61,884 nt of DNA, filler included, from Sphacelaria rigidula (GCA_964200075.2; 6 parts of 6 records of this genome joined end to end with filler, not necessarily neighbours in it), one strand, 5' to 3'; numbered from the whole stretch's first letter, positions 47,347 to 60,793 are shown. Numbers and translations: made by a program. The notes: generated by a model from the sequence alone, not told the origin.

Positions 47347-48867
47347 ATCCCTTCTTCTCGAGTGTTGTCGTGGTTCAGAAACGTGTTGGGCTATCTGCCT
47401 CGCATTTATTTCGGTGTTTATGCATATTTGAATTGCGTTTCTTTCGACCTCTACGGACAACTAACCACTTGTTAATGGCCGGCTGTTCCGCAGATCGTTG
47501 GATGGGTGAAACATTTTGCTGTATGGCTGGACTGTCAACATGTGATACTTTTTACAAACATGTACCGAAGTTTGATTCATCCACGACGAGTTGGCTTTTC
47601 GGTATCGTGTGTATTTTTTTTCAACATATTGTACTCGCGGCAAAGCGTCTTTTTGCCGCTAGACTGAGTTCAGTGATGAGCACAAACTAACCGCTCCGCG
47701 ATTTATATGCCTTGGCGGGCTGCTTGTTCGTTATTCTTGTCAAGGAAGCTGAACATACGTGAAGTTCCTAAAAGAGTGACCTGTTTTCAGAATGATACAG
47801 TAATGAAAGTATACGATGATCGTTTTGATGAAAATTCCGCATTTTTTCTGGCATGTCTAGGAAAGCTGACAACATTTGGGAACACTTTTTTTTTTTCAGT
47901 TTTTCGTCACGTTTGTTTTTGTCGTCGTACTCCATACCTCAATGTGTTCGCATCGAAAACCACTGGGACTCTGATTTAGTCTACAATTTCCTTGGTGCGG
48001 AATGTGTGGTATGGCTCGTAGCACCCTCTTTTCTTCTGAGAAAGAACTGCAGTCATTTCGAGCGAGGGTGGGCTAATGTGATAGGATAGCAAGCGAGAAT
48101 TATAAATTGCCTGTCCGTCGCATTTCACGGTATCAAGATAGATTCGGCCGTCGAGTAGGAGAAGAGAGTATCTAGGCGAACATATATATATATATATGTT
48201 GTAAGGTATGATTGCATGTTTGAAGAATTGCCGTCTGTGTAAAACATTCTGGTCGCTGTAAAACGTTGGATGACGCACAATATTGGCTGCTGCTAAGAAA
48301 ATGGCTGAAGCGTGAGAGTTACGGTCGAAGTAGCGTTTCAGTTCAGTACTGTAATTAGTGTTCACGGTGAAGACTCGAAGACGCTTGAAGCTCAGTGAAA
48401 TCGGGAGTTGAGGGGTGACTACATCAAGCTTGTTATAGATTGTTACAGTAGATGAATTCGCCAATTACGTTCATTATTCTTCATTCCCTTCTCTCTAGCA
48501 AGAGGCGAGGAAACGTCCAGTAGAGGCTAACCAAACACACCAGAGTTTTGAGCATCCCTGCACGTCCGACGTCTGTCTTGCTACGGGTGAACCAGTCCTC
48601 AGCGGGAAAGACAGTGAGTCACCACTTTCAGTTGTTGAGCATAATCTAATTTGAGTCGACTGCTACGTTTCTTTTGAAGATTCTATTTTCCGTACCGCCG
48701 AGATACGCCTGCATACTCAGAGAACTTGTCAGGCTAGCTTGCAAGGACTAATCCTGGGTAACATCTGCAACACGTCTTTAACCAGTTGAGGTGTTCGAAC
48801 ACCTTTACATAACCCCCCAAGCTACTTCTGTGCGGTGAAATTCTCGCTCTCTACGCCGCGAAAGCAG

Positions 48868-49502
48868 GAGGAAAGAGAACGCATGAAAGCTGAACATGAC
48901 GACGAACGGGCGATACGCAGGCAAATGGCGGCGGCGTTCAAACAGGCAATCGGAAGACTTTCGACGACTGTCGAGGAGATTTCGGCCATAGTCGCCAGCG
49001 GACGGCAATCAGACTGTGACGATCACCTAGCTGATGACGACGACGAGAATGAAGGCAACGATCATAATAGTCACAGGAGCACAACCAGTGCCGTGGATCT
49101 GCACCAGAACGCTGGCTTGGGTTTACAGCAACAAACTCCATCATCCAGACAAGAGCGTAGGGCAGGGGAGGAGGCAAGTAGCATTCCTGGGTCTGAAGGA
49201 TACGGTGGAAGCGGCGACAGCGGCGTCCTCCTGGACAGCGCAATAGCCAGCGTTGCGACAACGCGAGAATCGCTTGCACATAGCAAGGCAGAAGATGGGT
49301 CGATTTCCAGTCGAAACGCATCATCGGAGCGTGTAGTTCATAACGAAAAGGGCAAGGCGAAGCACAGGTTTACGGGGAAGCTGGGGCAAACCGATGATGC
49401 TGCGGTCGGTGCGCTGCTCGTGAGGCTGTCTGAGATTGGCGCGCAAACCCGCCGTCTAGTGGCGAGGCTGGCCACCGCAACGAAAAACATGAAGAGAAGC
49501 AG
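48868..49502 (+). CDS. Exon of an unknown coiled-coil protein (gene 5)
   Basis: CAG|GAG..AG|GTGCGG, 635 nt, phase 0 to 2. Encodes EERERMKAEHDDERAIRRQMAAAFKQAIGRL... Confidence 0.8.
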
Positions 49503-49745
49503 GTGCGGTCTGAAACCCAGTATAAGTTGCAGGTTCAGTGGGGGATCAACGTTGACCATTAGGCTAACCCTGGCGCGGCAGCATAGGTCTCACTCTCAGC
49601 CTCGTGTGAGAGGCCATCGAACCGAACGGAGTTTAACCTCACCCTTGGGTGACAAAAAAACAACACTTATCTTGCTTCCGTCACTGGTATACCTCCTTCT
49701 TCAAGCATGATTCCCTCCGGATCATTTCTGTTCACCCAAACGCAG

Positions 49746-49986
49746 AGATTCGCGGGAAACTGAACAAGCGCGAATGGCAAGGCTCGTTACGGTGCTGCGA
49801 GCCGAGCTCTCCGAGCTCCGCCGTAGCCCGCGCAAGAGATCCGTTGACAGCCAAACCGTCTTGACCGTTGAGCAGCTGCGTGAACAAGGCGCATTACTGC
49901 GGGAAGTAGAAAGGTCAAAGGCCGTCGCTAACAAACAATTGGCGGAAGTCGCTTTAGACGCGGAGCAGGCAGCGATCGACGCGCAG
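49746..49986 (+). CDS. Exon of gene 5
   Basis: CAG|A..CAG|GTGACA, 241 nt, phase 2 to 0. Encodes DSRETEQARMARLVTVLRAELSELRR...AAIDAQ. Confidence 0.85.
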
Positions 49987-50669
49987 GTGACACAAGCCTA
50001 CGAAGAGGCATCTCACGGTGCAGAATGGGAAATGAGGATTCAACCACACTTTTTCAAGGAGAAGCCACGTTTAGACATTGGCTTGAAGCAACACCGCGTA
50101 CTCCGATTGCTCTTCATATCAATATTCAGCGACATGGCGATAGCTTGGCAGCGCATCGCTCCACGAAACCGCACAAAAGAAATTATTCGCTGTACATCAT
50201 ACCCCGCGAACTCTCTTGCTGGGGGAAACGGCTTACTCTCCGTCCCTCCTCACCGTGGTTTGGCTCCTCACGCGTTGTCTTTTATCGTTGACTTTCTTGT
50301 CATACAAGGAAATGCGTGCATTATGGCACTGTTGTCCTTCGAATTTATCTGTGCGTTTTTTCGGTTGTAAACGGTGCGGAGGGGCGTCTCTTTTCCGCCA
50401 CGTTGCGAGTGTGTGGCGAGAGGTCGTCGAGCAAAGTTCGATTGAAGGCGCTTGCTCTTCTCTTTCATGCTCCGTTTTTGTCGCGTGGTTTGATTTTTGC
50501 CGTGTGCGTGTCAACTTCAGCTCGTCGACTTCGTGCCTGATAAAAACGAAGACTCGTGACAAAGGGATGCAGGTCAGGTGATCATTGCAGTATGCGACGA
50601 AGTTGCTCCCCCTCCAACAAAAAAGAAACCATCGCAGGCGCCGCTGCCCACCCCTCACCCTTGTCGCAG

Positions 50670-50882
50670 GAGCGATTGCATATTTCTCATAGTCGCGAGC
50701 GCGATACGAAGGCATACTGCCTGCGGCTGGAACAGAGGGTATCAACCCTGAAGGCTGAGAGGGGCGGGCTAAGACAAGAGCGACGAATTCTGCGCGGAGC
50801 CGTTGCGGATTGCTTCAGGGAAAGCGAGGACAGGGCGGACAGAGAGAGGAGTGCTGTGACCACGCGCAATGCGATTACGCAG
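50670..50882 (+). CDS. Exon of gene 5
   Basis: CAG|GAG..CAG|GTCATC, 213 nt, phase 0/0. Heptad-like CLRLEQRVSTLKAERGGLRQERRIL. Confidence 0.8.
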
Positions 50883-51657
50883 GTCATCCGCCGAGTTGTA
50901 CGCCGTGCCTGGTATTTTCCTAGTCGAACACGACACAGTGTAGAGTGTACATGTACGTGAGTCTGGTACTTCTGCCACAACAGTACAGAATGTGACCACA
51001 AAAGCGCACGCATGAATATATGCCGTGAGCATCGGTATCCCCACTAACATCAACAATTTTCGATTAAGTCGTATTTCAGTAGAAAATGTGGCTATATTTT
51101 GCCACAGAAAAAAAGTAGAAGACAATATTTTATGCGGAGAGCACGCTCCTGATGTTTCCGGGGTCCCTCAAACCCTGATCAATTTCCACGAAGGATTTTC
51201 TGCCAGCGTGAGGCAGCCTTTTAGCCGACCTAGCCCTCACAAGAAACTAAGTCCTACCCCCCAAAACACTGTGTGCACATCATACTACATACATCCCTTA
51301 ACCCTGTTGGAACCGGGCCTCCAGAACGACCAATGAGGCTGATGAGGAATGACTTGTCTGGCGTCTGCACGAAACAGTGGCGTGTTGCCTAGAATCCGTG
51401 TATGTAACCGCAGGGCTATGACGAAGACCGAAAGTTTCATCCAATCTATCTTCAGGTGCAGGGTGCGCATTAGGTGGTGTACATCTGATGTAGCAAGCAG
51501 TATGGGTCATGATAGACAGCTTCCAACAGGATGCGGAGACCGGCGGGCCGCACGCACNNNNNNNNNNNNNNNNNNNNNNNNNNNNNNNNNNNNNNNNNNN
51601 NTTAATTAATTAANNNNNNNNNNNNNNNNNNNNNNNNNNNNNNNNNNNNNNNNNNNN

Positions 51658-52230
51658 ACAGGTATTCCTTGACTAAAAACCCTACTCCCCCCGCTCCCCT
51701 TCCCTTGTCGTTCTGTCTCTTCCGCTTTTTCCCTATCCATGCGTACTCTTTCAATTTTGTATCCTATTTCTCCCCCCTCTTTCTCCCATGACTCTTGGAT
51801 TCCTACGATATCTAGGTCGTGTTTACTCACTCGTTACGCTATCTCTTCTCGTTTGCGCTCGTCTGTAGCGAAGCCACACACGTTCCACGACCCTATCCTC
51901 AACTTCCTTTCCGAATTATTATCTGCTCTCTTGCTGTCTCCAATCCTCTTCCCATGCCTCGTACTTCTTTCTTCCCTCGCTTGATTGTTCTGCCTCTTGC
52001 CGGTCTGGATTTCGTCCACTGGCTTCGGGGCGCCGTGTCTCCTCTCCTTCCGGCCACTTACCTGTTCCTGCCTCTCTTTCCCTCCGTTTGCCCGTGTACT
52101 CCGCCTTAGGTTTGTTATTCCGTTAGGAATGCATACTCTCCACCCTACCCTTCTAACCCAAGCCGATACCTTACTTGTTTCTATCCTTTCCCACTCCTTG
52201 CTCTCTCCCTTTTTCAGCGTGACTCGATAG
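51658..52230 (-). mobile_element. LINE fragment: start of APE endonuclease domain, decayed
   Basis: KLRIGSWNVCGF...(stop)...HDLDIVGIQESW matches the APE motifs xWNVxG and DIxxIQE. Confidence 0.88.
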
Positions 52231-53406
52231 GGGGGGGAAGGGGGATTTCGGGCCACTTTCCTACACGAAATTCTACTTGCAATCGTCGTTGATAGCAGCA
52301 ACGGTAGTTTGAACGCGGTTGCTTCCGATGTGTAACGCTCATTCATAACGTTTGGCATCGCTTTCACCCCGAAATGCAAGCGCACCGCGATTGTGTTGGG
52401 CCGTCTGACTTTTGTGAAATCGAACACGCCCCCCCTATCGTAGCACGGCTCTTCTACGCACGAAGGGGTAGAATAATGGCCGTCGTAACGAGAAGAAACA
52501 GTTGAAGGGGTCTCGATGATGGGATTAGATCGCCCTGGAACATATTACTCAAGGGCAGGAATGACGCCTGCTGGGAGAGAGTAAAGTACGAAGCACACGC
52601 GTTTAGTTGTCAATGAAACCGCTCGAACGAGAAGTCCGCTGATGATGCTATCATGTCGGTGTTTATCGTGGTTCCACATGGCTTTCTCTCCTTCATGTGG
52701 AGAGAGTTTTGTGTATGAGCACATCGACTTGCATGCATGTGTATCAGAGTGAGAGCTCACGTGCACATGCTGGTGGTGGAATAATGCGTCGCTTGGTTTT
52801 GGTAAGGGAAACGCCCATATTTTGGTGTGCACAAAGGGCAGCCACAGCTACCAACCCAGTGGGTCAGTTGTTCGCTGTAGAGTAGTGACGGGGGCGAGGT
52901 GACGTTGAGGCCTATGCGCATCCTATCTCAGCCAGAAGTACCGCACCCGTATCGTAGATTACGGGGGGCAATAATGTCTCGCCCATAACAATCATTTCGG
53001 TCTCAATCAATTTCGGGAACAAACTGATGACCCTGAATTGTTTGTAGTTTAAATAGATCCCGTCGAGATTGGTCCAAGCGCAAGGCCATTTGATGGTGCG
53101 TTGCCTTTGCTAAGGACAAACTCGAGGTTTAAATAATTCTCGCCCTGGGGAGGCTTAGCTCCTTTGCGGTTTAGGGTAGTAGTGATGCGCACGTAAAAAA
53201 TACTCCCGTTATGCACGGTTTTAACACACTACTCAACGCTGCACATAGCACTGTTGTCATTATTTTGCGCAACCACCCTCTCCCCTGTTCGGGGAGTAGT
53301 GGTATGGGTAGTACTGTTACAGGCTGTTATACTCAAATCCTATACACGGACCCCGTCCCTCCCCCCCTCCTCGCCCCCGGTCCTCGCGTCCCGTGGAATG
53401 ATCCAG

Positions 53407-53649
53407 AGGATATCTTCCCCCGCCGCCGGTAGAGGACAAGAAGCGGAGTGGCATGCCGACATTCTGCGAGAGAGGATTTCTGCTATCTCGAGAGCTGTGG
53501 AAAAGAAGGGAGGATGGAGATCAGTGGTGTTCTTGGATGATGACAAAGCGACTGTCGACGTCGATGTTGACGTGGCCCCGTGGCCGGCCGAGGACGGGCT
53601 GCTGATGCTGCAGGCGGTGAAGAACGCGCTCGTGATGCAGCTTGAGGAG
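53407..53649 (+). CDS. Exon of an unknown coiled-coil/low-complexity protein (gene 6)
   Basis: Pyrimidine tract, then CAG|AGG..GAG|GTAAAG, 243 nt. Encodes ...EWHADILRERISAISRAVEKKGGW...AVKNALVMQLEE. Confidence 0.75.
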
Positions 53650-54887
53650 GTAAAGTATATTGGTTATAAAAGTTCGTGAAGATGCAAAATGAAGTGGATA
53701 CATTTTCGCCCGGAAGAATCATGCGCAGCCCGTCGGATTTGGTGACTACGGTCATTCCCGAAATTTTTCGGTATGCTATGCTGGAGGACAGTGAGTAATC
53801 GTGTGGGCATGGTCACCCGACGACGGAGGTGTTGATGGTAGCGGATTGGTCCGAGATCGCGTCTGCAGTGCAACTTGAGGAGGGAAGAAGAAAGGGTTGA
53901 AGGGCAGTTACGGAGCAGGGTGTACGCAACAACGTTCAACTTGAATGATCGATAGAGTGATGAAAACAAATGCCACGTACCGTGCAATGGTGGGGGCGAG
54001 CTGGTGTCCATCATGTAGAACTGTACTTGTTGACGGTGGACATCTGTCGTGCAAGTACAGTTCGTATCATTCTACCGTCCGTGGTGGCCGACGCAACGCA
54101 CTGAAACAGATACTCACCTTTTGACTATTTGCACACTAGAGATCTGACGGATCAAGTAGAGACCTCGGAAAAGATTATACTAAATCTTCGCCGCATATTC
54201 ATCTCTCCCCCCTGGTCGCCGCAAATGTGTCCGTCAAATCCGATTCAAACGCGCAGTCATATACATCACTCACGTTTCCCCTGATGAACTGATAATAAAG
54301 TTAAGTGTCTTACGTGACTCTGAGTTATCTTGAACCAACCCCCAAAAGCTGAACAACAGTATGAGCATAAGGGAACGTCGTATTCTTCCTGAATAGCCCG
54401 TTCGGTGTGACCTCACCATCGGAATCAAAACGTCCACCGGCTGGATAATGACAATCCAATGCCTATCCTCTTGCCTCGACCCTACCGGCACGACGGCTCA
54501 TCAGTTTGATTATTGTTATTTTCTAGTGCCGCACATTAGTCCGAGAGGCACAGAGGGAATTCCAGCGTCAACACAGCAAACGATTACCGAGCATGGCGCG
54601 CTTTGGTCCAGGTTGCCATGTCCATCTTAGCCCCTTCGTCTACGATCCGGCAACATTCGGAAATATCTTGGATTCGCCTGGTGATATGATTCATTCAATG
54701 TTTGTACATTCACTGATCCTCCACGAACCCAGCGGAGATGGACGTCACGAGTGGCGGTATACATAGCTGCACGAAGCTGCAAGATTGTCACGGTCTACCG
54801 AAACCACGTCTTGGCTCTTTTCGGTCAGCATCTTGAGCGCGTTTGTGTGCTTCTTCCCCTTCCTCGCCACGCTCTTGTTATCGCCAG

Positions 54888-55037
54888 TCACGGGCGAAAG
54901 TGGAGGCCCTGGAGGAAGCCGCGCAGGCGGCTGGGACGGAAGGTTTGGCGGGGCACCTCGAGGCAACGGCAGATCTTCATCGCTCAGTGACGCTTCTTTG
55001 GGAGGGTATTGGGACCGTTCTGAAGACCGCATCACAG
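54888..55037 (+). CDS. Exon of gene 6
   Basis: CAG|TCA..CAG|GTATTA, 150 nt, phase 0/0. Encodes SRAKVEALEEAAQAAG...VLKTASQ. Confidence 0.8.
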
Positions 55038-55659
55038 GTATTAGTTGAAAGTGTTATGAAGGGGTCACTCCTGTTTCGTCATACTGTATGTTGACGGAGG
55101 CATCGCAATTCCATACTCGGGACGTTCAAACATTTCGCTCCTCGTGGTCTTGTGGAGTGGAGGATTGTATTTCAACGCATCCTTAATTGTCAGGCGTGTG
55201 TTGGTCTATTGTTCAAGCGGAATCAGCTAGGGGCTTGTTGACACACCTCTCCTGTTCTCTACCTTTGTCAGAAGTGGCACACCTCCGCACCAATCGCTTT
55301 GCGTTTAGTTGTGGAAACTAGAAAACTTTGCTTGACGCCGGTCGCGATGGTCAATCTGAGCAGCCAATCGTGGTTTACACAGAAGGAGCACAGTAGGCCG
55401 GTTATTCAACTGTTAACAAAATTGGCGGTGTCGATAGGCACTTGGAAATGTCCGTCTCTTTTCGACCCACGAGGCTTTGGCATCGTACTATGATGTGATG
55501 TTTCGTGTCTACATGGGCAAACAGTTCACATTGTGCGCGTGTCAGATACCGCTCCTTCTTTCACACCGTCTTGGTTCAGGCGTCAGTAGAAGGCACACTC
55601 AGCGCAAACAGCATGGTGCTGCAGACAAAAATAATGGACGCCTATGATTAATGTTTTTA

Positions 55660-55850
55660 TCGATTGATTGAATAGATTTTCGCACTTTTTTAAGTGCCCC
55701 CCCCCCCAGGTAGTCATGATCCAGCCGTGGTCACATGACAGACGTACCCAAGACGAAACAAATCTGAGACACTCGCTGCTGAAAAAGAAAAAGTAGAACA
55801 GAACAAGAGAGTAGACTAAGACCTAAAAAGAAAAAAGAAAAAAGCTAAGA
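55660..55850 (-). repeat. Family D: non-LTR 3'-end fragment with (ATCA)n tail
   Basis: GATTGATTGA...CCAGGTAGTCATGATCCAGCCGTGGTCACATGACAGACGTACCCAA. Confidence 0.8.
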
Positions 55851-56076
55851 AGTTTTGGTTTCCCGCACTTTTTTTTACTATATCCAAGCTTCCACTGTGG
55901 AGATGAACGAAGCCAGGACAAAAGGCAGAATGAGGGGGGAAGGAACCGAATCGTTCACGTTACCTCCTCGGATGTATACGACTCCCGGGAAAAATCAACG
56001 GCGATGACAGCAGTCACCGATCAAACGTCACTGCTTGGTTGCTAACTCTCGCCCGGGTAATGTACGACCGATCACA

Positions 56077-56376
56077 ACAGTCTTTTCGTGAGATTGAGAG
56101 TAGAGGATACGATTGAGAGTGAAAAGCGGTCAATTAGTGAATAGATCATTTCAGTTCCGAAATGCCCCCTCCACGAGGCCCAATATGCTTTCTGTAGTAG
56201 CTTGCCACTGAGGCCCTTAATATCCCTGAGTAGGATATCGACGTGTAGCTGTGAGCTCCCGTAAGTGATAAAGGCAAAAGAAAAGCACACACGGAAGGAA
56301 AAATTGGCTAAGTCAAAGCGAGGGATCAAAGCCACTCTCAATCACCGATCTACTCTCAATCTCACGAATACGTTGT
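56077..56376 (+). mobile_element. Full-length CAGT(G/C)TTTTCGTGAG MITE (~300 bp)
   Basis: Both TIRs present; homologous to 7515-7757 and 6735-6910. Confidence 0.85.
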
Positions 56377-57381
56377 TTCACGTAGTTTCACGGTTCGGAG
56401 GAATAACCGCCGGTTCGAATAACCAACTCCACGATTTCTTAGGCCTGATTGCTCGAAATTGAGAAAAAAGTCGACCGCTGGTCCAACAGGTCTCCATACA
56501 ACTTTCGCGACATTCCACGTGCCTGGGCTGCGCGTACCTGGCTTGCAACGCTGAAAAAAAACCCAAGGGATTGATTCGTACGGTACGAATCAACCACACT
56601 AAAATCAAGTAATTTCCAGATGAATCCTTAATTCTTCCGACACTTGCCTAATTTCCCAAGAAAGAAACTAAGTCGATTACACAAATAGCCGGACAGCTAT
56701 CATGTTGGCAAGTAGAGAACTGGATAATTTGCGACCATGAAATAATGCTGAGCAGCATGCGTCCCCTAGAGACGGTTCTTCTTCCAAAGCCACCGCCAAA
56801 TGTATTGAATTTCCAGGTACACCTGTACTCGTAATCTTGTAGTCTTGCCCAGCATTCGGCGAAGTGTACCATATATATATTCGGCTGTTTCAAACCCGTG
56901 CGTATCAAAAGGTCGGTTCGAACGAACACACCTTCAACGGGCAGCACGTCGTCTCTCGCCCATACTATCTTCTCGGAACAGCAAAAGAGTCGCGGCAGAG
57001 CTACACATGCCTCCCGCACACTGTCCTTGCTTGATATCCTTCTTTTTTTTTCAAAATGACTTGAAAGTGGTGTTTTTACTTCAAAAATAAACCCCCGCCT
57101 ATGACGGCATCGCCGGATTCAGCCTGTTTTTCTTGGTTTTTTTTTTTCTTTTTTTGTCGCACTTTGCAACCCCTCCCCTTCCTCGAGACGAGCCCTTGGT
57201 CTCGAAGGATCAGCCCATCTCTCCTCGGTACACGCCTTGCATTTTGGTCTCGCGGATTGGGTCAGCACTACTGCGGGACCGCGTCAACTCTCGCCAAACA
57301 AACGCAGTAAACTACTTTTTGTTGACTCACGTAGTCACGCTTTTGACTGCGGGAATAAGATACTACGTCGAAGAAAAACCC

Positions 57382-57460
57382 GACGCATCGGGAATCGATC
57401 CCGCGCTTTCTCCACCCCAATGGTGACGACCGAACCATTGAACCACCGAGGCCCTGCGGT
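57382..57460 (-). mobile_element. tRNA-like SINE head (second family)
   Basis: Minus strand reads GCCTCGGTGGTTCAATGG...GGGATCGATTCCCG. Related degenerate copy at 29320-29410; no proper cloverleaf. Confidence 0.5.
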
Positions 57461-57469
57461 ACCTGAATG

Positions 57470-57908
57470 TTTGATTGATCGTCGCACTTTTCACTGACCC
57501 CCCAGGGATCCAGCCGTGGTCACATGATGGACGTACCCAACACAAAACAAAACCTAAACACTCGCTGAAGAAAGGATAAGAAACAGGACCTGTGTACGCG
57601 AATAATGTTTTGAATGGATTATTTGCTATTCTTGAGCATGACTCAGGTGGTGCATGCGGGGCACGGCGACCCATAGATCTGCCACATCAGACACTGCCGG
57701 CGATACAGTGATGCTCCGACGTGACAAATACACTCGCTTGTACATACTGTGCTACATTTATATTTTTCTTCACTTTTCTTCGGCGAGTGTTCCCATTTGG
57801 GTTTGACCCCGGGTACGTGTATCGTGTATCCTACGGGTGGATAATGACTCCTGGAGGATCAGTTGAAGTGTAGCAATCAATCAATCAATTTATCAATCAA
57901 TCAATCAA
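57470..57908. repeat. Two family D fragments in opposite orientation
   Basis: 57470-57590 reads TTGATTGATCGTCGCAC..CAGCCGTGGTCACATG. 57780-57908 is the reverse orientation and ends in (CAAT)n. Confidence 0.7.
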
Positions 57909-58253
57909 GTGTGCGTATGCACATGTATGCAGCGTACTTGCTAGCCTTGACATGAACCCTGGTGTACGTCAACAAAATGGATGAAGGTGTCACTTGAATA
58001 TCGGAATGGGTTGCACATTGCGATGTATGTTGAACTCGTTACGAAGATGTCAAACGACAACAAGTTAACGCCTGGCTTGTGTAGTATGATATTGCAACCT
58101 AACTCCTGATTATAGTCATCATCCTGTCGCCCCCGCGTTCACGTCTCAAATCTTCACCGGGCTGAGTCTTCCCTTACTGACGGTAGCTTGTGGTGGAGAT
58201 ACATACTGCACGAGATGTCCAATCAACATAACATGTTTTCCGACGCTTCCCAG

Positions 58254-59213
58254 GCCACAGCGGCTGCGACTGAGCCAGGAGCGACAGAAGCAGAGAACAA
58301 CGGCGACGACACTTCCGACACCGTACCGGCGGGTACTATTTCTACTTATGGGGAAGACGTGGGAGCGGGAAGCAGCATGCTGATGTCATCGGCCTCTACA
58401 ACGGGGATCATCACCATGCTGAACGACCACACGACGGTCGACATGCCCATGCACTTGGAGGATCTACCACTGTCCATAGCAGCGGAGGCGTTGGCCATAG
58501 ACGTGGACAGGGTACAAGCGGGGGGCAGGTTTCTCACCGACGGGATCCTCGCCCTTTTCGGCTTGCAGCGGCAAATGCAGTACAAGAGCCGAGACCTGGA
58601 GGATAAGAAAAGCAAGCCGAGGAAACTCACCAATTCCCTCCCGGGATCCCCACGCGTCAGAAGAAGTACGGTGCGAGCTGCAGGTCTGGAGCAAGATGCG
58701 ACAAAAGGTGCAGGTGCGGTGCACACCCCTTCGGGGGCGGCGGGATTGGAACCGACACCGAGTGCCTCGCCGACAACCCTCGAAGGAGTCCGAACCGAAG
58801 ATGCACCCCACGGAGAAGACATCGGCGGGCTACTCAGCTCGGACGCCAGCAGTGCTTGTGACCCCAACAAAGCCAATCTTCCTAGCTTCGACCAATCCAA
58901 ACTTGCCTCCCGACAAGGGTCTTCCGTGGGAGATTCTGCATCCGAGTCCTCGTCTACCCTGAGAATGGTGGAGGAAGTACTCGATGCCACGCAAACGGGG
59001 GATGAAGACAGCACGGCGTCCGGAACCTCAATAAATTCGTCTCAAAACGCGGCGTCGAGGAATCAATCTGAAGTCGGGGGGCAAGGAGCGGGGGATGGCA
59101 ACGGCGATCTGGAGGAAAGGGATAGTGCAGGGCAAGCGGAGAATGTCGAAGAAGGACGGGGTGCGAGGCAAGCGGAGATTGCCGCCGCGCTGGAACACGC
59201 GCAAGCAATGGAG
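58254..59213 (+). CDS. Large exon of gene 6 (Ser/Ala/acidic low complexity)
   Basis: CAG|GCC..GAG|GTGAAA, 960 nt open, phase 0/0. Confidence 0.85.
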
Positions 59214-59926
59214 GTGAAAGTGAACCTTGTCTGAACTACACGTGGCACAATGGATTTGTGAGTTTAGTGTTTGTTTCTTGACAGACAGTAGTAGACACAT
59301 GGCAATCCGGAAGAAAAAACAAGAGAGAGAGAATAGCCGGTGTGAGTTGAGAAAACACGTTTTGCGTATTGCTCCACCGCATGGGTTCCAGAATTCTATT
59401 TATAAAAATGCGCAGGCATGGGTTATCTCCAGCATTAGTTTTCACAAGACGAAATCAAGACGTTGACTGCCCTGTACCTTTAACAACAGAAGAGTTACAT
59501 GCATATCTCCTGTGGGTGTTGGTTAACGATCTCACCCCCAATTGCCCTCGCGGGTGTTCAAGACCTCGCCGACTTCCGCTCGATATTGTAGGCCGCCCGA
59601 CTCTGCACCCACACTTGTGTGAAACGCCAAATAATGGGGCTGCTGCAGGTGTCGTTGATGATCTCTAATTTGAAGATTGTGGAACATATAGCCTCTGCCA
59701 CACGATCTGGACAAGAGGCTACAAACGGAAGAAAAAATTATAGTAACAACGAAGAAGTGACCTCGAGAAAATGACCGTGAATCTGTGACAGCATCAGCAG
59801 ACAGAAAACGGCGTTGTATCGTTTACCCTACGGGGTCGCGCCCTCCAACATCGTTCCTTAGACTGTCCTCGTCGCGGAGAAAAAGCGTGCCCAACCACCC
59901 ACGCCTGCTCCGCGGAAACGTAACAG

Positions 59927-60041
59927 GAGAAGGCCCAAGCGTTGAAAGGGGTGGCTGACGAACGCGCCGCAGTAATTGGACTGCTGAAGCGAGAAGTCGC
60001 GCAGCTGGAAGCAGCGCTGGCGGATGCAGACGAGCGCAGAG
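59927..60041 (+). CDS. Exon of gene 6 (coiled coil)
   Basis: CAG|GAG..AG|GTAAAA, 115 nt. Encodes EKAQALKGVADERAAVIGLLKREVAQLEAALADADERR. Confidence 0.85.
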
Positions 60042-60098
60042 GTAAAAACATTCTACGATGGGGGATGCTGAGCGATACGTTGGCCCTCATCACATCGT

Positions 60099-60167
60099 CT
60101 TGCCTCGCCTTGCCTTGCCTTGCCTTGCCTTGCCTTGCCTTGCCTTGCCTTACCTTGCCTTGCCTTG
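60099..60167 (+). repeat. (CCTTG)n pentanucleotide microsatellite
   Basis: About 13 units. Confidence 0.97.
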
Positions 60168-60370
60168 TCCTTTCGTGTTCGGTACGCGGACCAGTGTAGT
60201 TTCCGTCTTTTTCGCTTCTGGCCCGCTTGTGACCCGCGTACCGTGTAGCCGACAATTCTTCTTTTTCCTACTTTTTTTAGATTGCTGTTTCGATTCGTAC
60301 GTATTTTTTTCGTGCATCATTTTTGTTTTTCCTGACGCGTTTGTAGAAGCCTGCCCTGCGGGATGAGGTA

Positions 60371-60793
60371 ACAGTGGATTCTCGAAAATGGGGTTGAAAA
60401 ACAAAATGAGGTTCGACTCAAAAGCCATGCTTTCCCTGGCCTAAATTCATGACAAATGACTTTCATATAGACCTCCTCATCCCTCCCGACCTCCCTAAAA
60501 CTATTTCGAGGGATTTCTAGCCTTCCGTTCCCCCAAAGGGTATGTGCGAAAGCACGATTTTGGGTACAAAAAAAGTCCTTTTCGTCCCCCGAAATCGAGG
60601 CAAAAATGTGCTTTCGCATATATACCCTTTGGGGGAACCGAAGGCTAAAAATCCCCCGAACTAGTTTTAGGGGGGTCGGGAGGAATGGGGTGGTCCATAT
60701 GAAAGTCAAATTTCATGAATTTAGGTCAGGGAAAGCACGGCTTTTGAGTCGAACCTCATTTTGTTTTCAACCCCATTTTCGAAAATCCACTGT
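60371..60793. mobile_element. 423-bp foldback MITE with ~190-bp arms and CAGTGG termini
   Basis: ACAGTGGATTCTCGAAAATGGGGTTGAAAA... vs ...TTTTCAACCCCATTTTCGAAAATCCACTGT. Confidence 0.92.

Noticed and set aside
48868-60041. Genes 5 and 6 as one coiled-coil gene
   Set aside because: They lie on different contigs separated by an artificial spacer; no evidence of linkage.
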